Shown piece after piece: positions 47,110 through 55,334 of a DNA stretch of 64,000 nucleotides (positions are counted from its first letter, which is position 1; each line of letters opens with the position of its first letter). The stretch covers positions 4,680 to 68,679 of the forward strand of contig JBGUKY010000022.1 of assembly GCA_045114635.1 (NCBI GenBank), in the 5' to 3' direction. This stretch comes from Candidatus Enterousia sp. Its GTDB lineage: Bacteria; Pseudomonadota; Alphaproteobacteria; Rs-D84. Position numbers and translations under genes: made by a program. Below the pieces are notes generated by a model, which had not been told where the DNA came from, ran no database searches, and saw nothing but the letters and a program-made list of their open reading frames with translations.

Positions 47110-47820
47110 TTACAATTCTACCTTACCATTGGTCGCGATTATATCTCCTGTATCAGTTGAAATTTTTCCACCAGATTCCGTAATCAATAATTCGCCTGCG
47201 GCAATTTCAGCATAATCAATAGGATCAGAAATAAATGCATCCAGTTTTCCAGCAGCAACCCAAGCCAAATCCAATGCAGGACAACCTGTTTCACGTGCAT
47301 TACCCGCGATTATCGGACGAATACCATTTGTGTTATAACCAATTGTTAAATCTGCTGGATCTACCAAATTAGAAACGCGAATTTTTTCAGAATGGTATGC
47401 AGAAAATACATATGCGCCCTTGCCTGCTTCACCATAATATAACCTTTCATCAATTGGGGAATATATCAAAGCAATTTTTGTTTCGCCATTAGTACGCAAA
47501 GCCAAAGAAATTGCAAAATGTGAATTTCCACGAACAAAATTAGCCGCGCCAGATAATGCCAAAACAAATTCGTCGCGTCCGTCCCCAGCCTTTGAAACAT
47601 CTGGTGTCAACAAACCAGCCGACGGACGAACCAATTGCAAATCAGATAATATGCTTTCTTCAATTCTGTTTGCTGCTTTCGCAACAAAATCGCGCGCACT
47701 TTTCAAAGATTGCTGTAAGTTTTCAACTTCGCCAAAGTCATGACGCAAACCACTTGCAGTGTTCTGCAATGCTGCGAACATTTTATTTAATTCTGTTGAA
47801 CCTTTAATCAGCAAATCCAT
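47110..47820 (-). CDS. inositol monophosphatase/SuhB-family protein with degenerate metal-binding motifs
   Basis: Alignable with SuhB (DFV...NRIEE, ANFVRGNSHFAISLAL, ALDLAWVAAGKLDAF, AAGELLITESGG). However, the canonical EE and DP-[IL]-DGT motifs read TPDVS and LALSGA here. Confidence 0.75.
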   Translation of the reverse strand: MDLLIKGSTELNKMFAALQNTASGLRHDFGEVENLQQSLKSARDFVAKAANRIEESILSDLQLVRPSAGLLTPDVSKAGDGRDEFVLALSGAANFVRGNSHFAISLALRTNGETKIALIYSPIDERLYYGEAGKGAYVFSAYHSEKIRVSNLVDPADLTIGYNTNGIRPIIAGNARETGCPALDLAWVAAGKLDAFISDPIDYAEIAAGELLITESGGKISTDTGDIIATNGKVEL

Positions 47821-47847
47821 AAGGGCGCCTTTTGGTTTAAAAGATTA

Positions 47848-48060
47848 TTAAAATTTGAAACCTGCAAATTTGCTTTTGAATTCTTCTGCACGTTTACCTT
47901 TTGCACCTTCGTTGCTGCGTTGACCAGTCCATGCAGGGTGGTTCAAATTGTCAGTAGACAAAACCAAATCTTTTTTAACAGAAGAATACATTTTTACTGT
48001 TTTACCGTCAGTTGTTGTGACGTTGATTTCGTGATATTCTGGATGAATTCCTTTTTTCAT
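47848..48060 (-). CDS. rpmE: 50S ribosomal protein L31 (Cys-less form)
   Basis: MKKGIHPEYHEINVTTTDGKTV... is canonical L31. No CxxC zinc motif. A sigma70-like promoter lies upstream. Confidence 0.9.
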   Translation of the reverse strand: MKKGIHPEYHEINVTTTDGKTVKMYSSVKKDLVLSTDNLNHPAWTGQRSNEGAKGKRAEEFKSKFAGFKF

Positions 48061-48100
48061 CGTATCGTCCTTTGTTTAAAATTACCTAAATAGCCCGAAG

Positions 48101-48128
48101 ATTATACCTGCTTTTTTATTAAAATCAA
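48101..48128 (-). promoter_or_regulatory. sigma70-like promoter for rpmE
   Basis: Minus strand reads TTGATT, 16-nt spacer, TATAAT, about 40 nt upstream of the rpmE ATG. Confidence 0.5.
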
Positions 48129-48151
48129 GATAAAGTTGCTATTTCTGGGTG

Positions 48152-48664
48152 TCAATATTGCCCGATACAGCCCAAATAAGAATTACCAGTCGATTCGATA
48201 ACATTTATAAACTGATTTTGATTATTCCCAGAAAATAATGCCAAAATTGTTCCGGCATCTGTTGCCAACATATCGGACACTGTTGCAATTGAAGAATTCA
48301 TTTTCTTGAAAAAACCGCTAGAAGGTCTTATTTCTGCGGCTAACAATTGGTTTTTACCATGTAAATTGGCTGTGTTTGATGGAACAATGACCATCAATTG
48401 ACATTCTGGTGAAACGATAATTTTTTCAACGATAACCCCATCGCCACCCAACAATTCGCCCCACCACCCAGTAGATTCACAAAGCACCGGATAATAAACA
48501 ACAGCATCTTTCTTTTCTTCAAATATAGCACTGATATCAAGGTCTTCCAAAACAACCTCTGGCATAAGGCCGGTCAGGTTATTTATAACCTTGCGCGACA
48601 ATTGGTAATCAGCATTACCATTTGTTTTATGTGGCCAATAAAGAATCGGAATTTTACTCATCAC
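48152..48664 (-). CDS. hypothetical protein (170 aa), no family recognised
   Basis: Long ORF with local codon usage and no strong competing frame. Soluble. Confidence 0.5.
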   Translation of the reverse strand: MMSKIPILYWPHKTNGNADYQLSRKVINNLTGLMPEVVLEDLDISAIFEEKKDAVVYYPVLCESTGWWGELLGGDGVIVEKIIVSPECQLMVIVPSNTANLHGKNQLLAAEIRPSSGFFKKMNSSIATVSDMLATDAGTILALFSGNNQNQFINVIESTGNSYLGCIGQY

Positions 48665-48690
48665 TGAGAATTATATCAGATTCGGAAGCA

Positions 48691-48723
48691 ATAAAAAAGT
48701 GGCCTTTGTTAAATAAACCACTT
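48691..48723 (-). terminator. possible terminator after paralogue A
   Basis: AAGTGG / CCACTT stem with a 15-nt loop, then a T run on the minus strand. Weaker than the other terminators. Confidence 0.4.
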
Positions 48724-48729
48724 GATTTT

Positions 48730-50022
48730 TTATTTTTTTATTGCTGACGCCCATTTTTTAAGGTTTTCCCACATTATATTTATGTCTTTTTTTGCTGTTT
48801 CATAGTATTTATCTGATATTTGTATCTTGAAAAGCATATTGGTCAATTGCGGGATCATAGTCATAAACATGGCAATAAACACACCCATTAACAAAAAGGT
48901 GATCATGTTATAATCCTGGAAAATCAAGCTGTCCATCAACATTTTCGAATCGTTACTTGCGATTGCTTGTTGTAAAACATTCGCGCCTGTCCACCCACCA
49001 AATGCAGCGTTAATAAACATAACAGAGAAACCCAAAAATACTACAGTCAAAGCAATTCCGACAACTGCTTTTATTACGTCGTCTATCATTTGGCGAATCG
49101 TTCTGCCACCTTTTGGAAACAAAGCAAAGTTTTCATCATCAAACATCCAAGACATCAACATCAACGGCAACATTACCAAATCCATAGATAATTTTATAAA
49201 AATTTCCAGGAAATACAGCGGTATTGGCAAAAGAGCGAAAAAATACAAAACCAATATTAAAATTCCACAAAATAAAATCGGAATATTTGGGAAAATTGGG
49301 ACATTTGCCAATATTTTGTGCATATAATCTGTATCAAATGCCATATTCATCATGGTCCAACCAACAGTCATACCCAAACCTGTCACTTGATGAACATTTG
49401 CAACCTCACATGCCAATTGGTGCCTTAGTTTTGGCGAAAAAGCACCATACGCTGATGCCTCTGATGATACAGACACAGGGTCAGCAAGCGCTGTTGCAAC
49501 CATACACTCTGAAAATTTATTATTATCAGATACGATATAATCAAAAGAAGTCCCTATTACCAATGCTGGTTCAATCAATACATTTGTTATCAAGCGCGGC
49601 AACGGCAACAATAACAAAACAATCAACACACCTAACCTGAAAATATGTGTTCCGAAATTACCCATTATTTTTGATACATTGTCCACTTTATTGTTCAGAG
49701 TTCCGTATAACAAATTCCAAGCAATAAAAATTGCTAATAATGTCGCAGACATAGGGATTATGACATGCGATAGCGCAGACCAAACCTTTGGCAACAAGTC
49801 TGACATAGAAATCATAACATCAGAAAAAATCTGACATGTCCAACATGATGTAAAGAAATCCAGTGCGTCTTTGATATTCACAGGCGCGGCTGTACGCCAT
49901 ATTGAAACTCCTATAATACCGACACCTACTGCGGCCCCACCCAAAACAAACGGGGCGACACCCCAAGATGACATTGGTAATAATGCTAAAAACCACAACC
50001 AAAACTTTTTTAATACTTTCAT
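48730..50022 (-). CDS. polytopic membrane protein, paralogue A of a five-member family (candidate VirB6/TrbL-like)
   Basis: 430 aa from ATG 50022 (MKVLKKFWLWFLALLP...). Many TM segments, SCWTCQIF motif, PRLITNVLIEPALV helix, Lys-rich tail WENLKKWASAIKK. The track start at 50100 is a GTG overlapping the divergent gene, so I disfavour it. Confidence 0.7.
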   Translation of the reverse strand: MKVLKKFWLWFLALLPMSSWGVAPFVLGGAAVGVGIIGVSIWRTAAPVNIKDALDFFTSCWTCQIFSDVMISMSDLLPKVWSALSHVIIPMSATLLAIFIAWNLLYGTLNNKVDNVSKIMGNFGTHIFRLGVLIVLLLLPLPRLITNVLIEPALVIGTSFDYIVSDNNKFSECMVATALADPVSVSSEASAYGAFSPKLRHQLACEVANVHQVTGLGMTVGWTMMNMAFDTDYMHKILANVPIFPNIPILFCGILILVLYFFALLPIPLYFLEIFIKLSMDLVMLPLMLMSWMFDDENFALFPKGGRTIRQMIDDVIKAVVGIALTVVFLGFSVMFINAAFGGWTGANVLQQAIASNDSKMLMDSLIFQDYNMITFLLMGVFIAMFMTMIPQLTNMLFKIQISDKYYETAKKDINIMWENLKKWASAIKK

Positions 50023-50029
50023 GATTTTA

Positions 50030-50038
50030 ATTATACCA
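50030..50038 (-). promoter_or_regulatory. extended -10 element (TGgTATAAT) on the minus strand, 7 nt upstream of the paralogue A ATG
   Basis: Minus strand reads TGGTATAAT-TAAAATC-ATG. If functional it would give a leaderless or near-leaderless mRNA. Confidence 0.3.
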
Positions 50039-50054
50039 CAAATTAAGATAAATG

Positions 50055-50063
50055 TGATATAAT
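50055..50063 (+). promoter_or_regulatory. extended -10 element (TGaTATAAT) for the four-gene paralogue B-E operon
   Basis: TGATATAAT at 50055-50063, 27 nt upstream of the ATG at 50091, with AAGAGAGA between them. Confidence 0.4.
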
Positions 50064-50090
50064 TCAATACATAAAAAATAAAAAGAGAGA

Positions 50091-51395
50091 ATGCACACAC
50101 AAAACACTGTGATATTGCGCTTGTTTAAGCATGCCCAAATGTTCTTTGGGGCGTTTGTTTTGTGCGCTTTTTTTACTAATTCTGCACACGCAGATATAAT
50201 CGACGCTTATAACCTTGCACCATTTGTTCCATTGGTTCTTGAAGAGATGATGAATATGGCAACATCTCTTTACAATTTCTTTGTCGGCAAAGGCGATGGA
50301 TTGATATATTTGTGCATTTATGCTTTTGTCGCTTTTTACATAGGGTTATATCTTGTCAAAATGCATTTACCAAAAGACTGGCTTTCATTTTTTGGTTTTT
50401 CAAATGGCGGTGAAATGTGGGAATCAAAAATTGACGTTTGGAAAATCACTGACAATGTTTTAAAACCTTGTATTCGTGCTATCGTGGCCGCTGTATTTTT
50501 ATTACAAATAAAACCAGTTTATGTAACAGAATGGTTGGTAAACCCATTCTTAGAATTCGGATCTATTTATACAGAACAGATTTTGAAAAACATAAATCAC
50601 TCTACATTATCCACCACAGATGCACCTGCTTGTCCTGCATCGATTGAAGAAAGCGGATGGATTTCAAAACGCAGTTGTGATTTTCTTGTTAAACCCGTCT
50701 ATGTAATTTCCCAAGAAAATAATAAAGTTATCAGATATGGTTTTAATTTTATAAAAACAGGTATTCGTGGCATGATGACATTGATACCACATGGCGGCGA
50801 AGATCTGTTAAACATAATAACAGGTATAATGCTATTGTTTGCTTTTATATCCGCAAATGTGTTTATGGCTCTGTTGATAATTGGTGCTATATTTGAATTC
50901 TGTCTGGCGCTTATCATGTATCCATTTAATGTATTGGGATGGGTCGCAAAAAAATCTGATCAATGGATGGATATTTGGCCCGCTTTCTCACAAATAATTA
51001 GTGCATTAAAAAATCTTATTATCACTATGATCGCTTGCGCTTTCATATTATGCGTAAACATCGCTATTGTTCACGCACTATTTAATTGGTCTTCATCTGT
51101 ATTCGTTGTTGCTGCGGGCGGCGTTTCTACAAGCAACGTTCCTTCTATTACAAACAGTGCGATGAATTTTGGGCAACACTCTATTTTGTGGTTATCAGCA
51201 TTATTGACATTCTTTTTGATGCAAAACATATTCAACACGACACGTGATAGATTAGATAAGGTGTACACGAAAGATACACCTAAAGATTTGTACAATAATG
51301 TAACAAACGATGTACAAACCTTGTGGAAAAAAATAAAAGCAACACCAGAAACAATAAAAAATATTGTATCTGCAGCAGAAAAAGCGAAGAAGTAA
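50091..51395 (+). CDS. polytopic membrane protein, paralogue B (signal peptide subtype; candidate VirB6/TrbL-like)
   Basis: 434 aa. Signal peptide ending SAHA, FVPL motif, YVTEWLVNPFLEF helix, IMYPFNVLGWVAKKSDQW core, Lys-rich tail. AAGAGAGA SD-like sequence upstream. Confidence 0.75.
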   Translation: MHTQNTVILRLFKHAQMFFGAFVLCAFFTNSAHADIIDAYNLAPFVPLVLEEMMNMATSLYNFFVGKGDGLIYLCIYAFVAFYIGLYLVKMHLPKDWLSFFGFSNGGEMWESKIDVWKITDNVLKPCIRAIVAAVFLLQIKPVYVTEWLVNPFLEFGSIYTEQILKNINHSTLSTTDAPACPASIEESGWISKRSCDFLVKPVYVISQENNKVIRYGFNFIKTGIRGMMTLIPHGGEDLLNIITGIMLLFAFISANVFMALLIIGAIFEFCLALIMYPFNVLGWVAKKSDQWMDIWPAFSQIISALKNLIITMIACAFILCVNIAIVHALFNWSSSVFVVAAGGVSTSNVPSITNSAMNFGQHSILWLSALLTFFLMQNIFNTTRDRLDKVYTKDTPKDLYNNVTNDVQTLWKKIKATPETIKNIVSAAEKAKK

Positions 51396-51398
51396 AAA

Positions 51399-52586
51399 AT
51401 GCAAGAATTGGCAAACTCTTTAATAGACAGCGGCATACAATGTTGGACATGTCCTATATTTGATACCTTGTTTGCCATAGTTTCTAATACTGCGGCGGCC
51501 GCATATCAACGCCTTTGTCTTTTCAGTGTTGTTATATTTGGTGTACTGTTTGCTTTTTATTGTCTTAACATTGTATGGCAAAACATAAAAAACGGTGCAA
51601 AAGATTCATTTTTTGATAAAACTTTGCGCCCAGTGCTAATAAAATCTTTAATAGCAATTAGTATATTGGGTATGGGCTTGGTCGTTCCAAGATTTATTTC
51701 CACAATAACGTTTGAACCAGTAGCCGTCGTAACTCTACAATACACAAAAATGCTTGTGCCACCTGATTATTCAATCCCCGCATATGAAAATGCTATTAAA
51801 CTTGGGGAAAATGGATTTTTTAATCCTGAATTGCGTGATACAATCATACAAATTTTAGAAACATCTATTGCTAATTTCCAAGTGTATATAAAAATTGGAA
51901 TCGCAATAATAAATGAAGCATTCACCATAAAAGCATTACATGGAATTGGTTCACTTATAAAACACATCATTATTTGTTTCATCGGCATATTCTTGACATA
52001 TAACTTTGTAAAATTGTTTATTAAATATTCTTTCTGTTTCATGGATGTTATCTTTGCAATGGCTATGTTCGCATTCTTTTTCCCATTATCTGTTGTGTTG
52101 TTCATATTCCGCGATGCAAAAGATGCTCCCGATTGGCTGAAAGGACTCGGTTCCAAATTGGGCGGCGGACAAATTAAAAAATTGATCAATGCAATTGCAT
52201 CTATGTCTGCTTCTATTTTGACATATACTGTTATCATGTTAATTATTCGTGGATTTCTTGATGCAAATGGTGTCAGTGCAGATTCTGTACAAAACACATA
52301 TGAATCTTTGTTCGATTTTGATTTAGAAAATTCAAGCGCTATGCAAATTACTTTTGCTGGCGCAATAGTATTAGTTTATGTTGTAAATTATATCGCAGGG
52401 AAAATACCACAAGTTACAGAAAAAATATTAGATGCATTTAATATCAAACAAGAAAACGAATTATCTGAATCGATGGGCAAGGATGCACTACAATTAACAC
52501 AAATAGTTTTTGATAAAACAAAAGAATTAGCAAAGACAATTATTAATCCAAAAGACACTAAAACCGAAGAAAAGAAAGAAAAATGA
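51399..52586 (+). CDS. polytopic membrane protein, paralogue C (CWxC subtype; candidate VirB6/TrbL-like)
   Basis: 395 aa. QCWTCPIF motif, PRFISTITFEPVAV helix, FFFPLSVVLFIFRDAKDAPDWLKG core, KTEEKKEK tail. 3-nt gap after paralogue B. Confidence 0.75.
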   Translation: MQELANSLIDSGIQCWTCPIFDTLFAIVSNTAAAAYQRLCLFSVVIFGVLFAFYCLNIVWQNIKNGAKDSFFDKTLRPVLIKSLIAISILGMGLVVPRFISTITFEPVAVVTLQYTKMLVPPDYSIPAYENAIKLGENGFFNPELRDTIIQILETSIANFQVYIKIGIAIINEAFTIKALHGIGSLIKHIIICFIGIFLTYNFVKLFIKYSFCFMDVIFAMAMFAFFFPLSVVLFIFRDAKDAPDWLKGLGSKLGGGQIKKLINAIASMSASILTYTVIMLIIRGFLDANGVSADSVQNTYESLFDFDLENSSAMQITFAGAIVLVYVVNYIAGKIPQVTEKILDAFNIKQENELSESMGKDALQLTQIVFDKTKELAKTIINPKDTKTEEKKEK

Positions 52587-54037
52587 TAAAAAAGTGGTTG
52601 ATAGAAACAGGCTTAAAACTTTTAATCGGCGCAATAGCGTTAGGTGTCGGCATTTGGTATTTAAGCAGTTCTATTGGGGGCGCATCACTTTCTTATACAA
52701 GCCTTGATAATTTTATGCAACAAATAGGTACTCAAAACGGGGATCTTTCTTCGATCAACGGATGTTTTTTGTGTGTATATCTTGCTGAATTGTTCGCGGT
52801 CATAGGACGCGCTACAGAATTATTATGGTCAGGTATCGTACATCATTTATGGATACTTATGGCTGTGGGCTTTGGTATATTCATAGTATTTCACACATTG
52901 ACATTTATCAGAGAACAATCAACATCAAAAGATATAAAAGATTTAACAGATAAAGAAGTTAAACTTGATTTCAAAAAATGGTTTGAAAAAGTTTGGAAAA
53001 CCGGAATCCGTGTATTGATTGCTGGCGCATTAATCGGCGCATTAAATTGGGGCGGAACAAACACATTGAAAACTGTTTCAAATGTTATTGTTACACCCGT
53101 CACATATCTTGGTACAACATTCGCAACGATTGCAACAGGTGTTATAAATGGTGCAAAATGTGAAATACCAGAATACAGCAACAAAGCAGAAGATATTTTA
53201 ATTCCTGTATCTCATCCTTTGATGTGTGCAATCGGAAATCTGAATACAGTAATGTTGGCTGGTGCAGGTGGTGGTTTTGCTTTGATGAATTATGCATGGC
53301 TTGATTTGAATGATCGTGCTGGTGGTGTATTTACTTGGCTCGCAGGTCTTGCGCTCGTGATAATGTTCCTTGTTATCGGATTTGATTTGTTGTTCAAAAT
53401 ATTGAGTGTATTCTTTAAACTTGTATTTATTATTATCTTTATGCCTCTTTTGATTGCAGCGGCAGCTTTTGAACAAGTATGGGGATTGGCCAAAGGATTG
53501 TTTGATAACGCAGTAAAAATGCTTATTACTTCTGCAGTAAGTATATTAAAGATATGCTTAAAAATAGTTGTTATCTATGCTGTTGTATATTTTGCAGCAG
53601 ACACATTTTATCCTGGCCCAGAAGATGGATTCACAAGCATATTACCACCAATGGTTTCAAATATAAAATCGGAAAACATGGATGCTAAAACAATGTCTGT
53701 AATAAATGTATTTTCTACATGTGAAAAAGTGGCTTTGATTGATGGTAAAATGGACAAAGATAAATTCACTACATGTTTTAAGACACAAAAAAATATTGTT
53801 GAAAAAAAGTATCCTGATGCATTTGATTTTATGGATGATGGATTTGACTTTTTGTTATTTATGATTGGTGTATTCTTGTTATACTTTTGGATTGTTTCGC
53901 CAGAAATTGATAAAATATTTGGCAAAGAAGACAAAGAAACATTCGATTACGGCGGATGGCTTAAAGATTTTGGAAAGTCAGTATATGATGCACCAATGAA
54001 AATATTCCAGGCAGTTCATGATAAATCAAAAAAGTAA
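52583..54037 (+). CDS. polytopic membrane protein, paralogue D (CxxC subtype; candidate VirB6/TrbL-like)
   Basis: 484 aa. GCFLCVYL motif, NVIVTPVTYL helix, IIFMPLLIAAAAFEQVWGLAKG core, VHDKSKK tail. ATGA overlap with paralogue C. Confidence 0.75.
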   Translation: MIKKWLIETGLKLLIGAIALGVGIWYLSSSIGGASLSYTSLDNFMQQIGTQNGDLSSINGCFLCVYLAELFAVIGRATELLWSGIVHHLWILMAVGFGIFIVFHTLTFIREQSTSKDIKDLTDKEVKLDFKKWFEKVWKTGIRVLIAGALIGALNWGGTNTLKTVSNVIVTPVTYLGTTFATIATGVINGAKCEIPEYSNKAEDILIPVSHPLMCAIGNLNTVMLAGAGGGFALMNYAWLDLNDRAGGVFTWLAGLALVIMFLVIGFDLLFKILSVFFKLVFIIIFMPLLIAAAAFEQVWGLAKGLFDNAVKMLITSAVSILKICLKIVVIYAVVYFAADTFYPGPEDGFTSILPPMVSNIKSENMDAKTMSVINVFSTCEKVALIDGKMDKDKFTTCFKTQKNIVEKKYPDAFDFMDDGFDFLLFMIGVFLLYFWIVSPEIDKIFGKEDKETFDYGGWLKDFGKSVYDAPMKIFQAVHDKSKK

Positions 54038-54048
54038 AGGGACAAAGA

Positions 54049-55332
54049 ATGCAGATTCGTAAAATTTTAAAACATTTGTTTATTTGTATTTTTTGTGCAA
54101 CTTGTTTTGTTGGCTCGTCTTATGCCGCTGGCAACATACCACATGGTGATATTGGCGAATACGGCAACTGGATAACCACCGACAACATGGCAAAATACAA
54201 AGATAATTTGTCTGGGGATGTTGAAAGTTTCCAACAAACATTTCAAACGAATTTACATTCTACAAATTTTGTCCCGCTAGAAGTTAAACTTGGCCTTTCT
54301 TTTATGAAAGCACTATCTGCTATTGATAAAGTATTACAAATATCACTTGTACGTTTTACAATAATATTCCTTTTCATAATGTATGCTTTTTGGATTGGAT
54401 TGGAAGCATACAGATTGATTCGTGACACGGGTGATTACAAGAAAGCTTTATACGATATATTTATCAATGGGATAAAGATTGCAGCATGGGTTATTGTATT
54501 AAATTATGGCCCTGCAAAATTATTCACAATACTTATAACACCAATACTTGCACTTAGTATAAGTTTATCTGATTTTATATTAAACGCTGTTGCACAATCA
54601 TACAATGTTGTTATTCCAGATACATGCGCAACAATACATCAATATGTTGATGCAAATACAACAGGACAACTTTTGATAGGTTCTGATGCAGCCGCTAACA
54701 TTATGTGTTTGCCTGCACGTCTTTCAGTATATTTTTATCATGCCACCGCAAGTGCTTTTGAATGGATGGTCAATGGGCTCAAGAATAATCTGACTATGTT
54801 TATTACTGGCGCAGTATGTGTTGTTATGTTCATTGGTTGTATATTCAAATATGCATTTATGACTCTTGGGGTTGTGGTCAACTTATTCTTAACTCTTTTG
54901 ATGTTACCTTTTACTGCTGTCGCTGAATCTTTACCAAAAACAAAAGAAACAAATTATGCAGGACAAATCTTTTCTGGATTTTTGGGACTATTCAAGACCA
55001 AGAAATTATCTGATGTAATATCTGTATTCATAGATGCCGCTATTTATTTTGTATCACTTTCTATTGTCATATCCATATGTGCTGCATTGCTAACCAATAT
55101 AATATCTATTACAGGACAAAATACTTATCATGTTGGATCTGCTATGACAAGTATATTATGCGCAGGTATAATATTTTACTTCGCAAATCAGGCAGACAAA
55201 TTGGCAAAAGACATTGGTGGCAAAATAGACAATTCATTTGGTGAACTTTTACAGAAAGATACAAAACAACTTTGGACTGACACAAAAAATCTCGGCGGAA
55301 AAATATTCAAAGCTTGGGCGAACAAAAAATAA
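54049..55332 (+). CDS. polytopic membrane protein, paralogue E (signal peptide subtype; candidate VirB6/TrbL-like)
   Basis: 427 aa. Signal peptide (VGSSYA), FVPL motif, FTILITPILAL helix, LLMLPFTAVAESLP core, KIFKAWANKK tail. AAGGGA SD upstream. Confidence 0.75.
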   Translation: MQIRKILKHLFICIFCATCFVGSSYAAGNIPHGDIGEYGNWITTDNMAKYKDNLSGDVESFQQTFQTNLHSTNFVPLEVKLGLSFMKALSAIDKVLQISLVRFTIIFLFIMYAFWIGLEAYRLIRDTGDYKKALYDIFINGIKIAAWVIVLNYGPAKLFTILITPILALSISLSDFILNAVAQSYNVVIPDTCATIHQYVDANTTGQLLIGSDAAANIMCLPARLSVYFYHATASAFEWMVNGLKNNLTMFITGAVCVVMFIGCIFKYAFMTLGVVVNLFLTLLMLPFTAVAESLPKTKETNYAGQIFSGFLGLFKTKKLSDVISVFIDAAIYFVSLSIVISICAALLTNIISITGQNTYHVGSAMTSILCAGIIFYFANQADKLAKDIGGKIDNSFGELLQKDTKQLWTDTKNLGGKIFKAWANKK

Positions 55333-55334
55333 AA

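Noticed and set aside
50023-50100. Track start (50100) for paralogue A
   Set aside because: It is a GTG that would overlap the divergent paralogue B start by 10 nt and add a non-signal-like extension. ATG 50022 gives a typical N-terminus (MKVLKKFWLWFLALLP).
51767-52297. 176-aa minus-strand ORF (and the similar 51071..51478, 52891..53184, 53198..53493, 53608..53934)
   Set aside because: They are antisense to the paralogous membrane-protein genes. Antisense translation of hydrophobic-protein genes commonly gives long pseudo-ORFs in AT-rich DNA.
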